The notes under the pieces: generated by a model | The model's input: the letters and a program-made list of their open reading frames with translations, nothing else | The model's database searches: none | Told to the model about the DNA's origin: nothing | Shown: positions 12,653-25,967 of the stretch, in pieces | How positions within the stretch are numbered: position 1 is the stretch's first letter | Layout: every line of letters begins with the position of its first letter | Assembly: GCA_022813965.1 (NCBI GenBank) | Contig: JALDZS010000084.1 | Coordinates: 1-64,000, forward strand | Origin: Toensbergia leucococca | Lineage: Eukaryota | DNA: 64,000 bases | Direction: 5' to 3' | Made by a program: the position numbers and the translations under genes

Positions 12653-15573
12653 ATGAAATTCAATATCGAGTAAGATTTCTCCCTACTGAAAGAGATGCGC
12701 CTTTTGATCCTGTCTACAGAGACCTTCCAATTCTGTTTCCGTATCCACGTATATACCCAGGTCAGACTCTCGCATTTACCAGAGTCGTGCGCCGACTGAC
12801 GTGCCGTAGAACAATATGCGTACGCCGCTACAAGCCCCCTGAGTAATTCCGGGAATCTAATCAATCTGACTCTCACTTTAGATACATGTGCGATCTCAAA
12901 AGTATAAACCAGACCCGAGTTTTGCTTGGATTTTGACTAAGCTTTTCCACAGGGACGCTGGATGCTGGTGGACATTGCGTACTGGAGATGCCTTCGGGGA
13001 CAGGGAAGACTGTGTCTCTCCTGTCCCTGATTGTGGCCTATCAGCAATATTATCCTGAGCACCGAAAACTCATATATTGCTCTCGTATGGCCCCTGGTCA
13101 GAAATCGCATAGCATCCGAGTGACGGCATATAGGTACCATGTCCGAGATTGAAAAAGCTCTAGCAGAATTACAGGCCTTAATGAAGTATCGATCCGAGCA
13201 ACTAGGATATGTAGAAGACTTTCGAGGACTTGGTTTGACAAGTCGAAAGAATTTATGCCTCCATCCGTCCGTTAAGAGGGAGAAGAGTGGCTCGGTAGTC
13301 GACGCTCGATGTCGGAGCCTGACCGCCAAGTTCGTGATGGAGAAGAAGGAAAGGGGCGAGGATGTAGATCTCTGCGTCTATCACGATGTATGACCCCATA
13401 GCAAGTGAAGTTGAACTACGTTGGCTGATTTCTCAGAACCTTGATCTTCTGGAACCCCACAACCTCGTGCCATCGGGAGTCTTTACACTCGATGGTATGC
13501 TGAGGTATGGCGAAGAGCACAAGCAGTGTCCTTACTTCTCCGTTCGGCGAATGGTAAATGCAGTCTGCTATCTCCCTCTTTTGGCAAGGCTGATATCAGT
13601 AGATGCCATTTTGCAACGTTATCATTTATTCATACCATTATCTCCTGGACCCCAAGATTGCCGAAAGAGTCTCGAAGGAGCTTTCCAAGGACTGTATTGT
13701 GGTATTTGACGAAGCACACAACATCGACAATGTCTGTATCGAGTCACTGAGTATCGATTTGACTGAAGATTCATTACGTAAAGCCACACGAGGCGCCAAC
13801 AACCTCGAGCGCAAAATTACAGAAATGAAATCTACAGATGCTGACAAGCTCCAAAACGAGTACGCAAAGTTAGTGGAAGGTCTTCGAGATGCAGACGAAG
13901 CTAGAGAAGAAGATGCTTTCATGGCCAATCCAGGTATGTCCACCCCCCCTGTTGTGTGGTAGATCTCCAATGCCTGATGACATTACAGCATTGCCCGACG
14001 ACTTACTAAAGGAAGCCGTACCTGGAAATATTCGGAGGGCAGAGCACTTTGTTGCATTCTTGAAGCGATTTGTAGAGTATCTTAAGGTGAAGAACTACCC
14101 TCTCCTGCAATTTTCTAGTAGGCCTCCTAAATGACTCCATTGAACATAGACCCGAATGAAAGTCTTGCATGTCATATCAGAAACGCCGCCGTCATTCCTC
14201 CAGCATCTCAAAGATCTTACATTCATTGAAAAGAAGCCCCTAAGGTCAGATTCTTCATAACACTAACACACAAAACATGCCCTGACAATATCCCTAGGTT
14301 CTGCGCCGAGCGTCTCACATCATTAGTCCGAACACTAGAACTCACAAACATCGAAGACTACCAACCACTGCAAGAAGTAGCAACATTCGCCACCCTCGCC
14401 GCCACATACGACAAAGGCTTCCTTCTGATCCTGGAACCCTACGAATCGGACACAGCTACGGTCCCCAATCCCATCCTCCACTTCACCTGCCTCGACGCCG
14501 CCATCGCCATCAAGCCCGTCTTTGACCGCTTCAGCTCTGTTATCATCACCTCCGGAACAATCTCCCCTCTGGAAATGTACCCCAAAATGCTCGGCTTCAC
14601 AACTGTAGTGCAAGAATCCTACAGCATGACCCTCGCCCGACGTTCCTTTCTCCCCATGATCGTCACCCGCGGCAGCGATCAATCCGCCATATCCTCGGGC
14701 TTCCAAATTCGCAACGAACCAGGCGTCGTGCGCAATTACGGCAGCCTGCTGATGGAATTCTCCAAAATCACCCCGGACGGCGTCGTCGTCTTCTTCCCCT
14801 CGTACCTCTACATGGAATCCATTATCAGCATGTGGCAAGGCATGGGCATCCTCGACGAAATCTGGCAGCACAAACTCATCCTCGTCGAAACCCCCGACAG
14901 CCAAGAAACCTCCCTCGCCCTCGAAACCTACCGCACCGCCTGCTGCAACGGCCGCGGCGCCATCCTCCTCTGCGTCGCCCGCGGCAAAGTCTCCGAAGGC
15001 ATCGATTTCGACCACCATTACGGCCGCACCGTGCTCTGCATCGGCGTGCCCTTCCAGTACACCGAGTCGCGCATCCTCAAAGCCCGCCTCGAGTTCCTGC
15101 GCGAAACATACCGCATTCGCGAGAACGACTTTCTCTCCTTCGACGCCATGCGCCACGCCGCGCAATGCCTGGGGCGGGTCCTGCGTGGCAAGGACGACTA
15201 CGGCATCATGGTGCTCGCGGATCGGCGCTTTCAGAAGAAGCGAGCGCAGCTGCCCAAATGGATCAATCAGGCTCTACTTGAGAGCGATACCAGTCTCAGC
15301 ACGGACATGGCTGTTGCGAGCGCGAAAAAGTTCCTCCGGACCATGTCGCAGGCTTTTGGAGGCAAGGATCAGGATGGAGTCAGTACGTGGAGTATCGCGG
15401 ATTTGGAGAGGCATAAGGAGAAGATGGAAGAGGAAAAGATTCGGGAATTGAGGAACGGGGGCGTGGGAGAGAAGATGGAAGGGATGAATGGGGATGGGGT
15501 TGCGGTGGGTGGCGTTGAGGAGTTTGGGGATGACGATGACATGGATGAGGCCATGTTGGGTATGGATGTTTGA
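12653..15573 (+). CDS. RAD3: TFIIH DNA helicase XPD/Rad3 (multi-exon, with 10-nt and 20-nt micro-exons)
   Basis: Spliced N-terminus [29 protein letters not shown], Walker [15 protein letters not shown] box, [25 protein letters not shown]. Confidence 0.97.
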
Positions 15574-16226
15574 GTTGACGTTCTGCTATTTCACATGGCT
15601 GTTGATCAGTTAGCCACCAGCGAGACGTTGAGTCACATATCTCAGGGGGTGGCGATTCATGAGTGCACACAGTGTAGGTGCCGCTTTCCATCGTGTCCGG
15701 CGCGAGGAGTGTTTACACACCTGGAGTACAATTGATACGTATTAGATACGTTGACCAATCCATAAGAATGCACGAATAGGTACCACCCAGTGCAACAGAA
15801 TTGTGACACCTCTACGAATCACACCAGACATCGAGTGCAGAACGACGGTAAAAATGGGTTGTATTTTGATTCTAATCCGTTTAGACTGTCCATAATCTGT
15901 CGTAGATAAATTGCCAGCAAATTCGTCTCTTTTTGGCCTTTCACGACTACTGGCTTTCCACACTAAGCCATTTGCAAAGGTCTCATCTTTTGTCTTGACC
16001 GCATAACATCCCAAGCTGAAGTTTTTGGAGCGTCGTTGCAAAATAACAGTCGATAGTCTATGAAAGACAGAAAGATACAAAGACCAGCCTCGTCGATGGT
16101 GCCCGTAGCGGCTCCCGTTACATCGATACTGGTGAGGGCTTCCGGTATCAACTCACGCTTCTCGGACTTCCAATATCCTCGTCACGATGAAGCACTGGAG
16201 AACTACAGAAAATCTTATTCCAAGCT

Positions 16227-17960
16227 TCAAGGATCCTTCTCCTTCTGGTTTTGCGCTTCTCCAGACTTAGTATTGCTGCTTTTGCTGCGGTTGATATCGC
16301 CACGTTTGACTTTCCCTTCCCTGTACTTCTCCCACTTTTCACTAAGATACCTCCAAGAGTTTCCTACGCCCCCCGTTACCAGACCTTTGATGGTCTGACT
16401 CTGAGCTGGCCAGCGAATAGTTTTTGAAATCACTCCATTGACCTCTTTTCTCAAAGAATGTTGTTCCTCGCCCGCAATCCTTTGCTCAAATATCCCACCT
16501 TCTTTTCGCCTAAAGCGCGTTGGATCTTCGTCATTGGATTCCTCGAGCATTTTGTTGAAATCCAATTGCGGAATCTGGAACTTGGACTGGTAATGAAAAT
16601 ATAGATTTTTACGGAAAGTCTTTGGAAGGCGGCGAACCATGTTACCCCGTTTCACAGGATCCATGTCTTGTGCGAGAGTGGCGTTTGTAGTAGGGTCGTC
16701 AGCCCATTTCGGCGAACTGCAGCGCGCGTCCTGGAATGAAACATTGGGCAAATTCTCAATCAGTGGAGCATACAAGCGACGGAAATTGGGAAGTTGGTGA
16801 TTGACAATGTTGGCAACCTTATTTGGATTCTCCGTAGGAAGAGACATGCGAGGATCACCTAGGTATGAGATTCCTGCAATACTACCGTAAAGATCTTGCT
16901 CTGTGAATGTTGATGGGAGACGAAGGAGCGCTGTTCGAAGGGCGGAGATGAGATTGACCTGATTGGCCAGACGTACACGGGCATCATCGCGAAGGATCTT
17001 GACAGGCTTTTGGAGGCGTCCTGCTAAATAAAGAGTGTCCCATTCAGAGAGATCTCGACAAAGGGTATCAAGATTGACCACGCCGTATTTGATGAGAGTA
17101 CCATTAACCGTGACGAAAGGATTGAAGTAGACGCCTGCGCCCCAATTGTCCTGTATCCGGGAGATTGCGTAGGAACCTAGCGTTCCAACCGCTGAATAGT
17201 GCTTACGATGCTGCTGCAGGTTTAGGGAATGCCAATGCTGGGTATAGGAAACGCCAAATATAAAATCTATCATTTTGCCCCCACCTTTCTGCACAGTGGA
17301 CACGGCCGGGCTGGGGTTTGGATGTGAAATTGACGCAGTCGTAGAGCCAGAGCTACCACCTTGAGGAAAGACCCCAGAGCCGTAAGCAAAGGCATATCGG
17401 ATCGGGGCTCTAAATTGCCAAAGGATCTGACGTAAAGCTTCTTTAAATTCATCATTTATCACCATGTGCTGATTAATGCCAAAGTTCGAAGAAGGAAGTT
17501 GCGAGAAAGCTGATATATTCAAGTTGGGATTCTCATCCCAGTCTGGCGGTGGAATACTTGAACGGTCTGGCGTTTCCGTTGAGGATGACTGCGACGGACC
17601 TGAACGGCTTGACAGTGATGTTTGTGAGGCTGAAGCTTCAGAACTCTTTGAAGAAGGCAATCCAGAAGGATGCTCGGAATCCGTGATGTGGTGTCTCGAT
17701 TCTGGAGTGTTCCTAGAGCTGGTTGAAGCAAACATTCGAGGGTGGTGGTTTGTCGTTGAAGATAATGGAACATGCAATCCTATCCTTGCTAGTAAGAGCC
17801 TCCGACACATTGGGCGCAATGCCAAGCTTCGAGATGTCTGTCGACCAAGGGTGGTTAGCATTAAGTATCGAAGCATTGGTGAACGAATGAAAGCGCCGGA
17901 GGACCTCACAGGAACCCAGGTTCTCTTCATAGCGATGCTGGTAAGATGCATTCCTGGCAT
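16227..17960 (-). CDS. TAM41: Mitochondrial phosphatidate cytidylyltransferase Tam41/Mmp37 (start codon uncertain)
   Basis: YAFAYGSGVF, MIDFIFGV, KYGVV, LYLAGRLQKPV, ISYLGDPRM motifs; Arg/Ser-rich presequence. Confidence 0.93.
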   Translation of the reverse strand: MPGMHLTSIAMKRTWVPVRSSGAFIRSPMLRYLMLTTLGRQTSRSLALRPMCRRLLLARIGLHVPLSSTTNHHPRMFASTSSRNTPESRHHITDSEHPSGLPSSKSSEASASQTSLSSRSGPSQSSSTETPDRSSIPPPDWDENPNLNISAFSQLPSSNFGINQHMVINDEFKEALRQILWQFRAPIRYAFAYGSGVFPQGGSSGSTTASISHPNPSPAVSTVQKGGGKMIDFIFGVSYTQHWHSLNLQQHRKHYSAVGTLGSYAISRIQDNWGAGVYFNPFVTVNGTLIKYGVVNLDTLCRDLSEWDTLYLAGRLQKPVKILRDDARVRLANQVNLISALRTALLRLPSTFTEQDLYGSIAGISYLGDPRMSLPTENPNKVANIVNHQLPNFRRLYAPLIENLPNVSFQDARCSSPKWADDPTTNATLAQDMDPVKRGNMVRRLPKTFRKNLYFHYQSKFQIPQLDFNKMLEESNDEDPTRFRRKEGGIFEQRIAGEEQHSLRKEVNGVISKTIRWPAQSQTIKGLVTGGVGNSWRYLSEKWEKYREGKVKRGDINRSKSSNTKSGEAQNQKEKDP

Positions 17961-18347
17961 ACTACGTTGGGTACCTTGAGCCGCACAATGGAACGAATAG
18001 CCAAGAGGCCGCCATGAACACAAGTGGCGGGGGAGAAGGCAGTCAGAAATTGGTAGGAGCTTCAATGAAGGATTTGGTCGACCTCTAATTTATCGTCCAC
18101 CATTGAGAAGATGTGACGTTGGGCTTGAGTACGTTGCAGCACGCTATGCTATAAGCGGGCCGGGTTTTATAATACAGAACTAAGATGATAATCGTATTTT
18201 AGAGCAGCCAATCACACACTAGGAACATAACACGATCAAAACAAACACACAACAATCAATCATCTTGGCTTCATCACAATAGTAATTGCTATCACTAGCC
18301 TCCATACATACTTGTTGTCTTGACATTGACTGCGTTGATACCGTGCT

Positions 18348-21329
18348 ATGGCTTCTGCAGACGCCATGGAGACCTACGCGGCGCGCCTTGCATCATTCTG
18401 TATAGCACATCCAGCGACCAAAAAAAGAGCCTCCGATTCCAAAGGTGCAAAGACGATCAAATGGCCACACAAGACTCCTTCAACTGCCGACGTATGTATA
18501 CCACTCAATTGAGCTTTTACCGAGTCGTGCTAAAAACCTCTAGCTTGCCAAAGCTGGTTTCTTCTTTCGTCCAACATCGTCATGTCCTGACAATACGACG
18601 TGTTTTCTGTGTAAGAAAGGTATAGATGGCTGGGAGGAGGACGATAATGCCATTACAGAGCATCTGAGACTTTCGCCGGATTGTGGATGGGCCATAAATG
18701 CTTCCATTGAGCAAGACATTGAAAGTGGGATTCGCGACGACGAAAATCCCATGTCTGAGAGAATGGTGAATGCCCGGCAGTTGACTTTTGGGAACATGTG
18801 GCCCCACGATGGTAAGAGAGGATGGACTTGCAAGACTCAGAAGGTACTAAAAGCCGTTCATTTGGTGTAGCCCTAATTGCTAAATTGTAGTTGTTTAGAT
18901 GATTGAGGCTGGTTGGTACTATTGCCCAACTCCGGAAAGCGATGATTTCGTCAAATGTGCATACTGCAATCTAAGTCTGGACGGGTGGGAGCCAAAAGAT
19001 AATCCTTAGTAAGTAGGCTATCGTTCTTTCCGGAACCATCACAGAACTCATATGAAGAAGTGACGAACACCAGCGCCGTTCTCAGGACTGTATGTTCTTT
19101 GTGCTTGCAGCACCACTGAGCTCAAAATTGGGACGTGCAAAGAAAGGCCGCCCATCGAAGATGTCTCGAGTATCTATGCAGTCTAATACTACAGCAGCCT
19201 CGGAAGAGCCATCTTTGGCAGATATTGTAGATGATGAAGACGTCGTGGCCCCGATCCCGAATGCGAATACCATCGCTGCCCCCGTGATAACAAAAGGAAG
19301 TAAGAAGGCTGCCAAAAGTAAGAAACAAAACGCTAGAGGGAAAATTAAGACTGCGCGCGCGAACGTAGAAGAATCTACGTTAGGTAGCAGCTTCATTGAA
19401 CCCGAGGACGATGATTTCGAGGTCAAAGTTCAGCAGGTTCCTTTGAGAAATACAAGGAATAAGAAGAGAACCAGTGATGAATTGGGGTCGAATGATACGG
19501 CACAGTCAGCAGGAGATGCCGAGAACGTACAGGGCCAACCTCCGCCTGCAAAGCGGCGGATGACAAGAACAAGAAGTAGTATCGCGCAGCAGGCTCATGA
19601 CTCGCCAGTCACAGCTATCCAGGATAAGATTGACAACGACACACCTATGACTGACACCGATACCATGCCCCCACCAAGGATGCTCATATCTATGAAAAGT
19701 GAGAGAGCTAGTAGGAAGAGGGCCTCGTCGACTGTCCGGAAAGCGTCGAATACTTCAACAGCATCCAAGGCGTCTCTCAGAGCCGCTGTGCCTGCCGATG
19801 ATGAGATCGATGCAGCATTAGAAAAAGATCTTGACCGCCCCTTGACAGACGAAGATAAACCCGAACCCGTGGAAGATACTCAACCTAAGACGCGTCGGTT
19901 GACCCGCACAAGACCTGGGCCGAAGGTTGCCACAGCGTCGGTGACACACGTACGAAGTAGTACCATTGTGGGAGACATGGTTGAAAAGAGTATCCCTGCA
20001 GGTGGATTACTGATGAATAGATCTGGTGGAGAATTTTCGCCGAAACTGAGAGCCCAACCCAAAGAGGATTCTGCGCTAGCCTTGAAAGTAAAGAAAACAA
20101 AAGGAAGGGCCTTGTGTAAGGTTTCAGCCAATGACCAAACACACGTGGATCATGGAGTGGACGAGCTGCGAGTAGTACAGATCGCCACGCATGAAAAAGC
20201 TGATGAGGTCGATGAGACTGAAGCGATGCCAAAGCGCGCAAAAAGCCGGCAGCCCTCTCGACAATTGCCAGGACGAAGGATGAAAGGGTCAGTGCTTTCA
20301 GCATCGCACAATCCCATCGAGCTTTCGCAAACCGTAATTAGTGCTGTCGGCTGGTCACTAGATACCCAGGACCCTGAACATGAAATTAATACTAGCATTG
20401 TTAGTCGAGGGATCGTGGATCAAGGAATAGAAGAGAGTATTACTTCTGCGAGAAAAGGCAAAGCTGAGGGAAAGGTGGCGCTCATGAGCCAGAACATTGA
20501 AGACGTCGCAAAGCCAGGTGCCAACGATGCAGAAACCCAAGAAGATCAAGGAGCATGTGGAGAGGACGTGGTGATTGTGGATGATGTTCAACCGGAGCCT
20601 GCAGATGTGGAGATGACGAGTGCTACACCATCCGAGATCGAGTCAGCTAGTAGAGAACCCAAGGCAAAAAGGAAAGCAGGAAGACCAGCGAAACCCGAAA
20701 ACAGCAATCCAAAAACGAAGACTAAAATCCTCGCCTCGTCGGTACTAGCTTCCCCGAATCCAAGAAGCGAGATAATGGGTCAAAAGAGGCACATCATGGT
20801 CTCGAGCCCAATTACACACGCCTCCGAACCCATTGCGTCCTCAATCCCAGCTCCTTCTGCGCATGCCACACCACTATCTTCCCCGCAATCTTCTGATGCG
20901 GAGAACCAGCCACCTTCATCCCGCCCATCAACAGTCCGTCCACCACTTTCGATGCATTCTCCTTCAAGACATCAAACGACTCGCATTCCTTTAGCAGCTA
21001 GTACGCCTATTTCTTCACCGTCAAAACGAAACATCTCAAAATTGCAAACCACTATGCCTTGGACAGCTGTTGATTTTGAAAGGTTCTTTCTCGGGCCACC
21101 AACGGGCGACAAAGAAAACGAGCCTTTTGTTCGGAGTGCCATAGTAGATGGTATTAACAGTGGACTAACAAGCCCAGAAAGGAAGATGAACGTGGAGGAG
21201 TGGATGCAATTCAACGCGAAAAAGGGAGAAGAAAAGCTGAGAAACGAATGTGAACGTCTAGTAGGACAATTCGAGAGCCAAGGCCTACGAGCGTTGAGAA
21301 CACTGGAGGGAATTGCGTGCATCGAGTGA
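18348..21329 (+). CDS. BIR1: BIR-domain chromosomal passenger / IAP-like protein Bir1
   Basis: Two spliced BIR domains (LAKAGFFF...TTCFLC...DGWEEDD...EHL...C; MIEAGWYY...KCAYC...DGWEPKD...DEH...C), a long disordered linker, and C-terminal EEKLRNECERLVGQFE...ALRTLEGI. Confidence 0.9.
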
Positions 21330-21599
21330 AGGCGTCGTTGGCGGTAAGTTTTCTAATTTGAGTAGTGAATCTGGGAGTGGAAGTAGCCTTCCAAGGAGTA
21401 GATAGGTTTGAGTAATCGACTTCTTGGGTATGAATAATGGATCAAGTTGCACTCTATTTCCCCCAGAGCTAACATGTTTTCACTCTTCAAGCAATGCATG
21501 AGCTTGAGTACCAAGTATACTGCGAGAGTGGCTGTATTATTATATTATTTTCGTCTCTCTGGCGGTCTTGTGTTCGTCTTGTGAACTGCTTGGCTCGTA

Positions 21600-22115
21600 T
21601 TAAGCAAGTGGATGCAGAGAGGGAGTACTCCCGGCGCCCAATCTCTTCACGTACCAAACGAAAATGGCGAGCACGAGTACGAAAGAGATGGAAAGTAGAC
21701 TACTATCCAAGTCCCTGTTGGATCTCTTCGAGCCTTTCCAAGTCTCGGCCGTCCTCTTCTTCCGTGCCTTTTCCCCACATTGCCGCCCAATGAAAACCTC
21801 GCACTCGACCTCGCACTCATCATGCCTTCGCCTCCGCTCCATAATCTTCTTCACCTCTCCTGCACCGCTAGCGCAAAAGGCGGCATCGGTCTTTAGAGAA
21901 CACTTTCGCTCTGGACATTGTAGCCCTCGGATCTTGCGGTCCAGCAACCAGGCGACCTTGAGGCGGACACCGGTATCGGTGAGATTGTAAAAATAAGGAG
22001 AGGTATGTTTTAGGGAGAGTGCGTCAGGATAGGGGAGATACGGGATGATGAGGTGGTGAATTTCTGGCGGAAGGCAAAGGATGGTTGTAGAGGAGACATT
22101 TGAAGTGATGGTCAT
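21600..22115 (-). CDS. Small F-box domain protein with C-terminal transmembrane segment
   Basis: ILCLPPEIHHLIIPYLPYPDALSLKHT F-box motif; hydrophobic C-terminal helix. Confidence 0.75.
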   Translation of the reverse strand: MTITSNVSSTTILCLPPEIHHLIIPYLPYPDALSLKHTSPYFYNLTDTGVRLKVAWLLDRKIRGLQCPERKCSLKTDAAFCASGAGEVKKIMERRRRHDECEVECEVFIGRQCGEKARKKRTAETWKGSKRSNRDLDSSLLSISFVLVLAIFVWYVKRLGAGSTPSLHPLA

Positions 22116-22720
22116 GGAGGATATGGGAATTGGATTGAGGGGAGCGGAAATATTTACCAAGTGTGAGAAACGACAAATATCAACGTTTGCTGCCTGGAGC
22201 AGCGTCGATATGGACAGGCAGCATAGGTAAACACTCAGCTAGGAACATATTCCAAGTTCCGCATACAACATTATACCCGCTCCAGTTCCCATATATTCAA
22301 AGACATGGCAGTGTACAGTAGAAGAAGGAAACCTACCTACCTAGGCTTCATAATTGTTTTTCTTGATTGCGTCATATCCTACGCTCGGTTGGTGGGTCCT
22401 CGGTCGTTGATGTCATTCACATATGTCCTCCCATGCGGAGAGTAAATATGTTGGAGAACTCATTTCGTTCTGATCTAGACTTCATCCCACTTGAAGGTAA
22501 GCACTCAATTCTTCTCCTGCCACACCGTATCATGGAACTCCTCGCTCCTCTTCGACGTGGTCATTCCACTTTTACTCGCCTCTCTACATCACTCTCTCTC
22601 TCTGCCCGCTCCTCTTTACTCACTTCCTCATTCTCCAGAACTCTCTCCATAAGGACACCGAATCTGCGAACACCAAAGAAACTCTTACCTAGATATCTCT
22701 CATCTTCGATACCACTCACA

Positions 22721-23589
22721 ATGGCAGAAAAGTTCAGCAACACAGACACGGGCGATAAAGCGGCTGATCCATACAAAGCCAAGAATATTGATGAAGCCTC
22801 CCTTAAAGACAAGGTCCAAGATCTTGTTAGTTTCATCGAGTCGTGCAAGTTCGGCATGATGACTACGCGGATTGAGAGCAGTGGACTACTGGTCTCACGG
22901 TGCATGGCTTTGGCTGCGAAGGTATCGTCGGCCCCTGGTCACATAACCGCTACTCAAATACCGCCACATACTCACATGCACATCTACCTCGATGCAACAA
23001 AAAGCTAATCAAATCTTCTCTCATTAAGGAAGGCGGCGGTGTCGACCTCCTCTTCCACACAAATACCGAATCCGGCAAAACCGACGATCTGAAATCCGAT
23101 CCGGCCATCAATATCGCCTTCCTCAATTCTACCGGCGAATGGGCTTCCGTATCCGGTGAGGCTTCTATCGTCACCGACCGCGAAACAGTCCGCAAGTACT
23201 ACTCCCCTGCCCTTAAAGCATGGTTGGGCGATCTCGAGGACGGTACCCATGACGGAGGGCCTGAAGATCCTAGGATTGGCGTCATCAAAGTCACGGCAAA
23301 GACAGCCACGTATGCGATTGCCGCAACAAATGTTGTTGGTAGGGGGGCAGAATTTGTGAAGGGGGTGGTTACCGGTAGTGCACCAAAGGTGAACAAGTTA
23401 AGGGAGATTAGCACAGAGGAATTGGATCAATGTAAGTGCCCTTACCCATTATATTTATTTCTGAGTGAATCCGAACGGTCATGCATTGGCGCTATAAACT
23501 TTTGCCTCAAATTGTTGGTCCAGAAACAATGTAACTGATGTGTTTTCTTCTCCATCGCTGCAGGGAAACAGATGTATGCAAGCCAGTAA
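22721..23589 (+). CDS. bli-3: Blue-light-inducible protein Bli-3 family (pyridoxamine-oxidase-like fold); in-frame upstream ATG at 22532
   Basis: FSNTDTGDKAADPYKAKN, KFGMMTTR, LVSRCMALAAKE, FHTNTESGKTDDL, LKAWLGDL..G.HDGGPEDPRIG; two introns. Confidence 0.88.
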
Positions 23590-25046
23590 ATTCGGCATGC
23601 TAATACCGCCGTGTTGCATACGTTAGGGCGTCAAACGAGCGAGTAACCAGCAAGCTCTGAAGTACGGCTTAGCAAATAGCTACATTGTATGCATGCCACG
23701 GGAGGATTTATTAGCAAGATCCGCATCATATTGGCCAATGTCAACCAAACTTTTACAAGATGTGCAGCATTGGCTTCAACCTTGTCCACTTGACCAGTGA
23801 CACTTCTGTTCACTACACTGGCAACACCTGGAGCCGGGCAGTAGGAACACATCCACCTACAGCATAACTTATGTTCTCCCTGCTATGTGCCTTCCTCCCA
23901 ACCTCTCGTCTGCGTCATGACTTTGAATATACCAACAGCCATGCATAGCAACAAGAAGGTGTTCATGAGAGGTGTACAGCATTGTCTCTCCCCATGGAGA
24001 CTACGCGAGGGAGACTTGACGTAGAGAGGATGGGAAGCAAATGGTAGAACTTCAATTGCAGTGGATTTGTTTGCTCGACTCCTACCGTAAGCAATACGCC
24101 TGCAAGCAGATATCAATGTGGTTTGTAATTATGACTATTAGGACTTGGCTATAGTTATCTTGCCAATGATGTTGCGTCTTGAAATCAGGATGTGTGGAAA
24201 GGGGTTCTCGCTGTGCCGCCCGCCTATTATGACACCAAGGCATAAATCTTTCTAGAATTCTGATGTTGATTGAGAAGTAATTCCTCTCAACTCGCTTCCA
24301 TGTTTAAGCCTGTCTATCGACGACTCCAATCTCCGCATGCATTCCCTTGCTACACCAGATACTCATCCAACACATACCCAAAACCCAAACCGGTACATCT
24401 TCCTCATCTTCCGGATACCTTCCTCCCTTTAAGCCATCTCCTTTCTCTAAGCACCGGTATTTTCACCAAAGGTATTCCCCCGTCTGACCACCAGCTCCGT
24501 CCCCAATATGCAGCCCTTTCGTTGCTCAAGAATGCCAGATTGAGCCACAAGACCGAGAGACCCTTCCCATCCAGCCGCTCCAGCATACCCACCGAGACAG
24601 ATGTCCCCTACTCTCCCACAGAGACCAACATCTTTTCCACAGCAGCAGTCTCATTACCCGTCCCCATTCCCCCAGCCCTCAACGAGGCCAGCAGCGAATA
24701 CAAGCCCCCAACAACAGGCCTCGCACTAATAAAAATGGAATATAGCGGAACAACTCGTTGGACTGGTAGCACCGAGAACGCACAGACAAGGCCACAAGAG
24801 ATAAAATTGGATTTTCCTGCTCCTGTAACATTTAGGGCTCGTATAGCTGTCACCTACTTTAAATTCCGTGATATAGGCCGTGAATGTAGATGCAGAGCCT
24901 GGACAGAAAAATAGCCTTGATTGGTTGATCAGGTTAGCAATGGCAAAGACCCTTCTTCATAATGGGCTAGCCATAAGAAAAGAATCGCACCTAGATTTCT
25001 GTGAGGTGTCTTTCAGCTGATATCATCAATTATACTCGTATCGTCA

Positions 25047-25619
25047 TCAACTCTTCCGTAAAAGTTTCTTCAAGGCTCCTTTGGACTTCTTACACCCGTG
25101 ATCCTACGATTTCATCAGGAACAATTGCCTTGAAAGCCCGACTTGCCTCAAAAGACGTACCTCACTTTCTTTTCCTGCCCCTGACCTTCGTGTATCGGCC
25201 AGCTGCAGTCGTTCTTCATCTCCATTGTACACGACCCACCACCCTACCTTTTCCCCAGGCGCCAGGCGATCCCTCAACTCAATCAGCGCTCCCCAGCCTT
25301 CGGCTGCAACGCCTCTCCCCATTGCCTCGCCCACATCCATACTCAAGCCACATTTCTCCACCTTGTCTGCCACAAACGCAAACGGTTGGCTTGTAGCGCT
25401 GGCACTCACGTCGATGGGATCGTATTGCTCGATGAATCGAAGATTAGGCAACGCGAGCATGAGATCGGGATAAAGCTTGCGGAAGTTGGCGACGAGGGCC
25501 GAGGAAGTGGCGGGAGATATGAGCCATTCAGGCGCAGCGTCGTCAATGTTTTCCAGGATAATGTGGATTCGAATGGCAGATCGTGGCCAACGAAAGCCGT
25601 GGACAAGATAAACAGACAT
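25047..25619 (-). CDS. Conserved fungal hypothetical protein (YLVHGFRWPR family)
   Basis: MSVYLVHGFRWPR...DDAAPEW...LRFIEQYDP...QPFAFVAD...GWWVVYNGDEER; one intron near the 3' end. Confidence 0.75.
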
Positions 25620-25967
25620 GACAATCCGGATTGAGGATCTATTTCTCAATAGCCAGATTTTATCAGGTCATGGAGGGTATTCATGTCGTAAGTGAAAGGA
25701 TGGCGAATCATGGAGGGAAGGAGCGTGTTTGCTTGGTGCTGAAAGCACAAGGAGCAACTAGTCATGATGCCTTGCAGCATATTGCATCCCTTCTCACCAT
25801 GCTTCGTGGGAGCGGTGTCGCAGCCATGCGGAGTGCTTGCATGCGGCAGTAAGGGGACAGTTTGAGTCATGTTGATTCGCTAGCATTTATGCTGCCTCCT
25901 TCCTGCATGCGACAATGACAGATGCTACGAGCTGCATGCACGAACTTACAAATGACTTCTAGTATCA

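Noticed and set aside
24270..24914. 214-aa Pro/Ser-rich ORF
   Set aside because: No recognisable domain; C-rich composition alone can keep the frame open.
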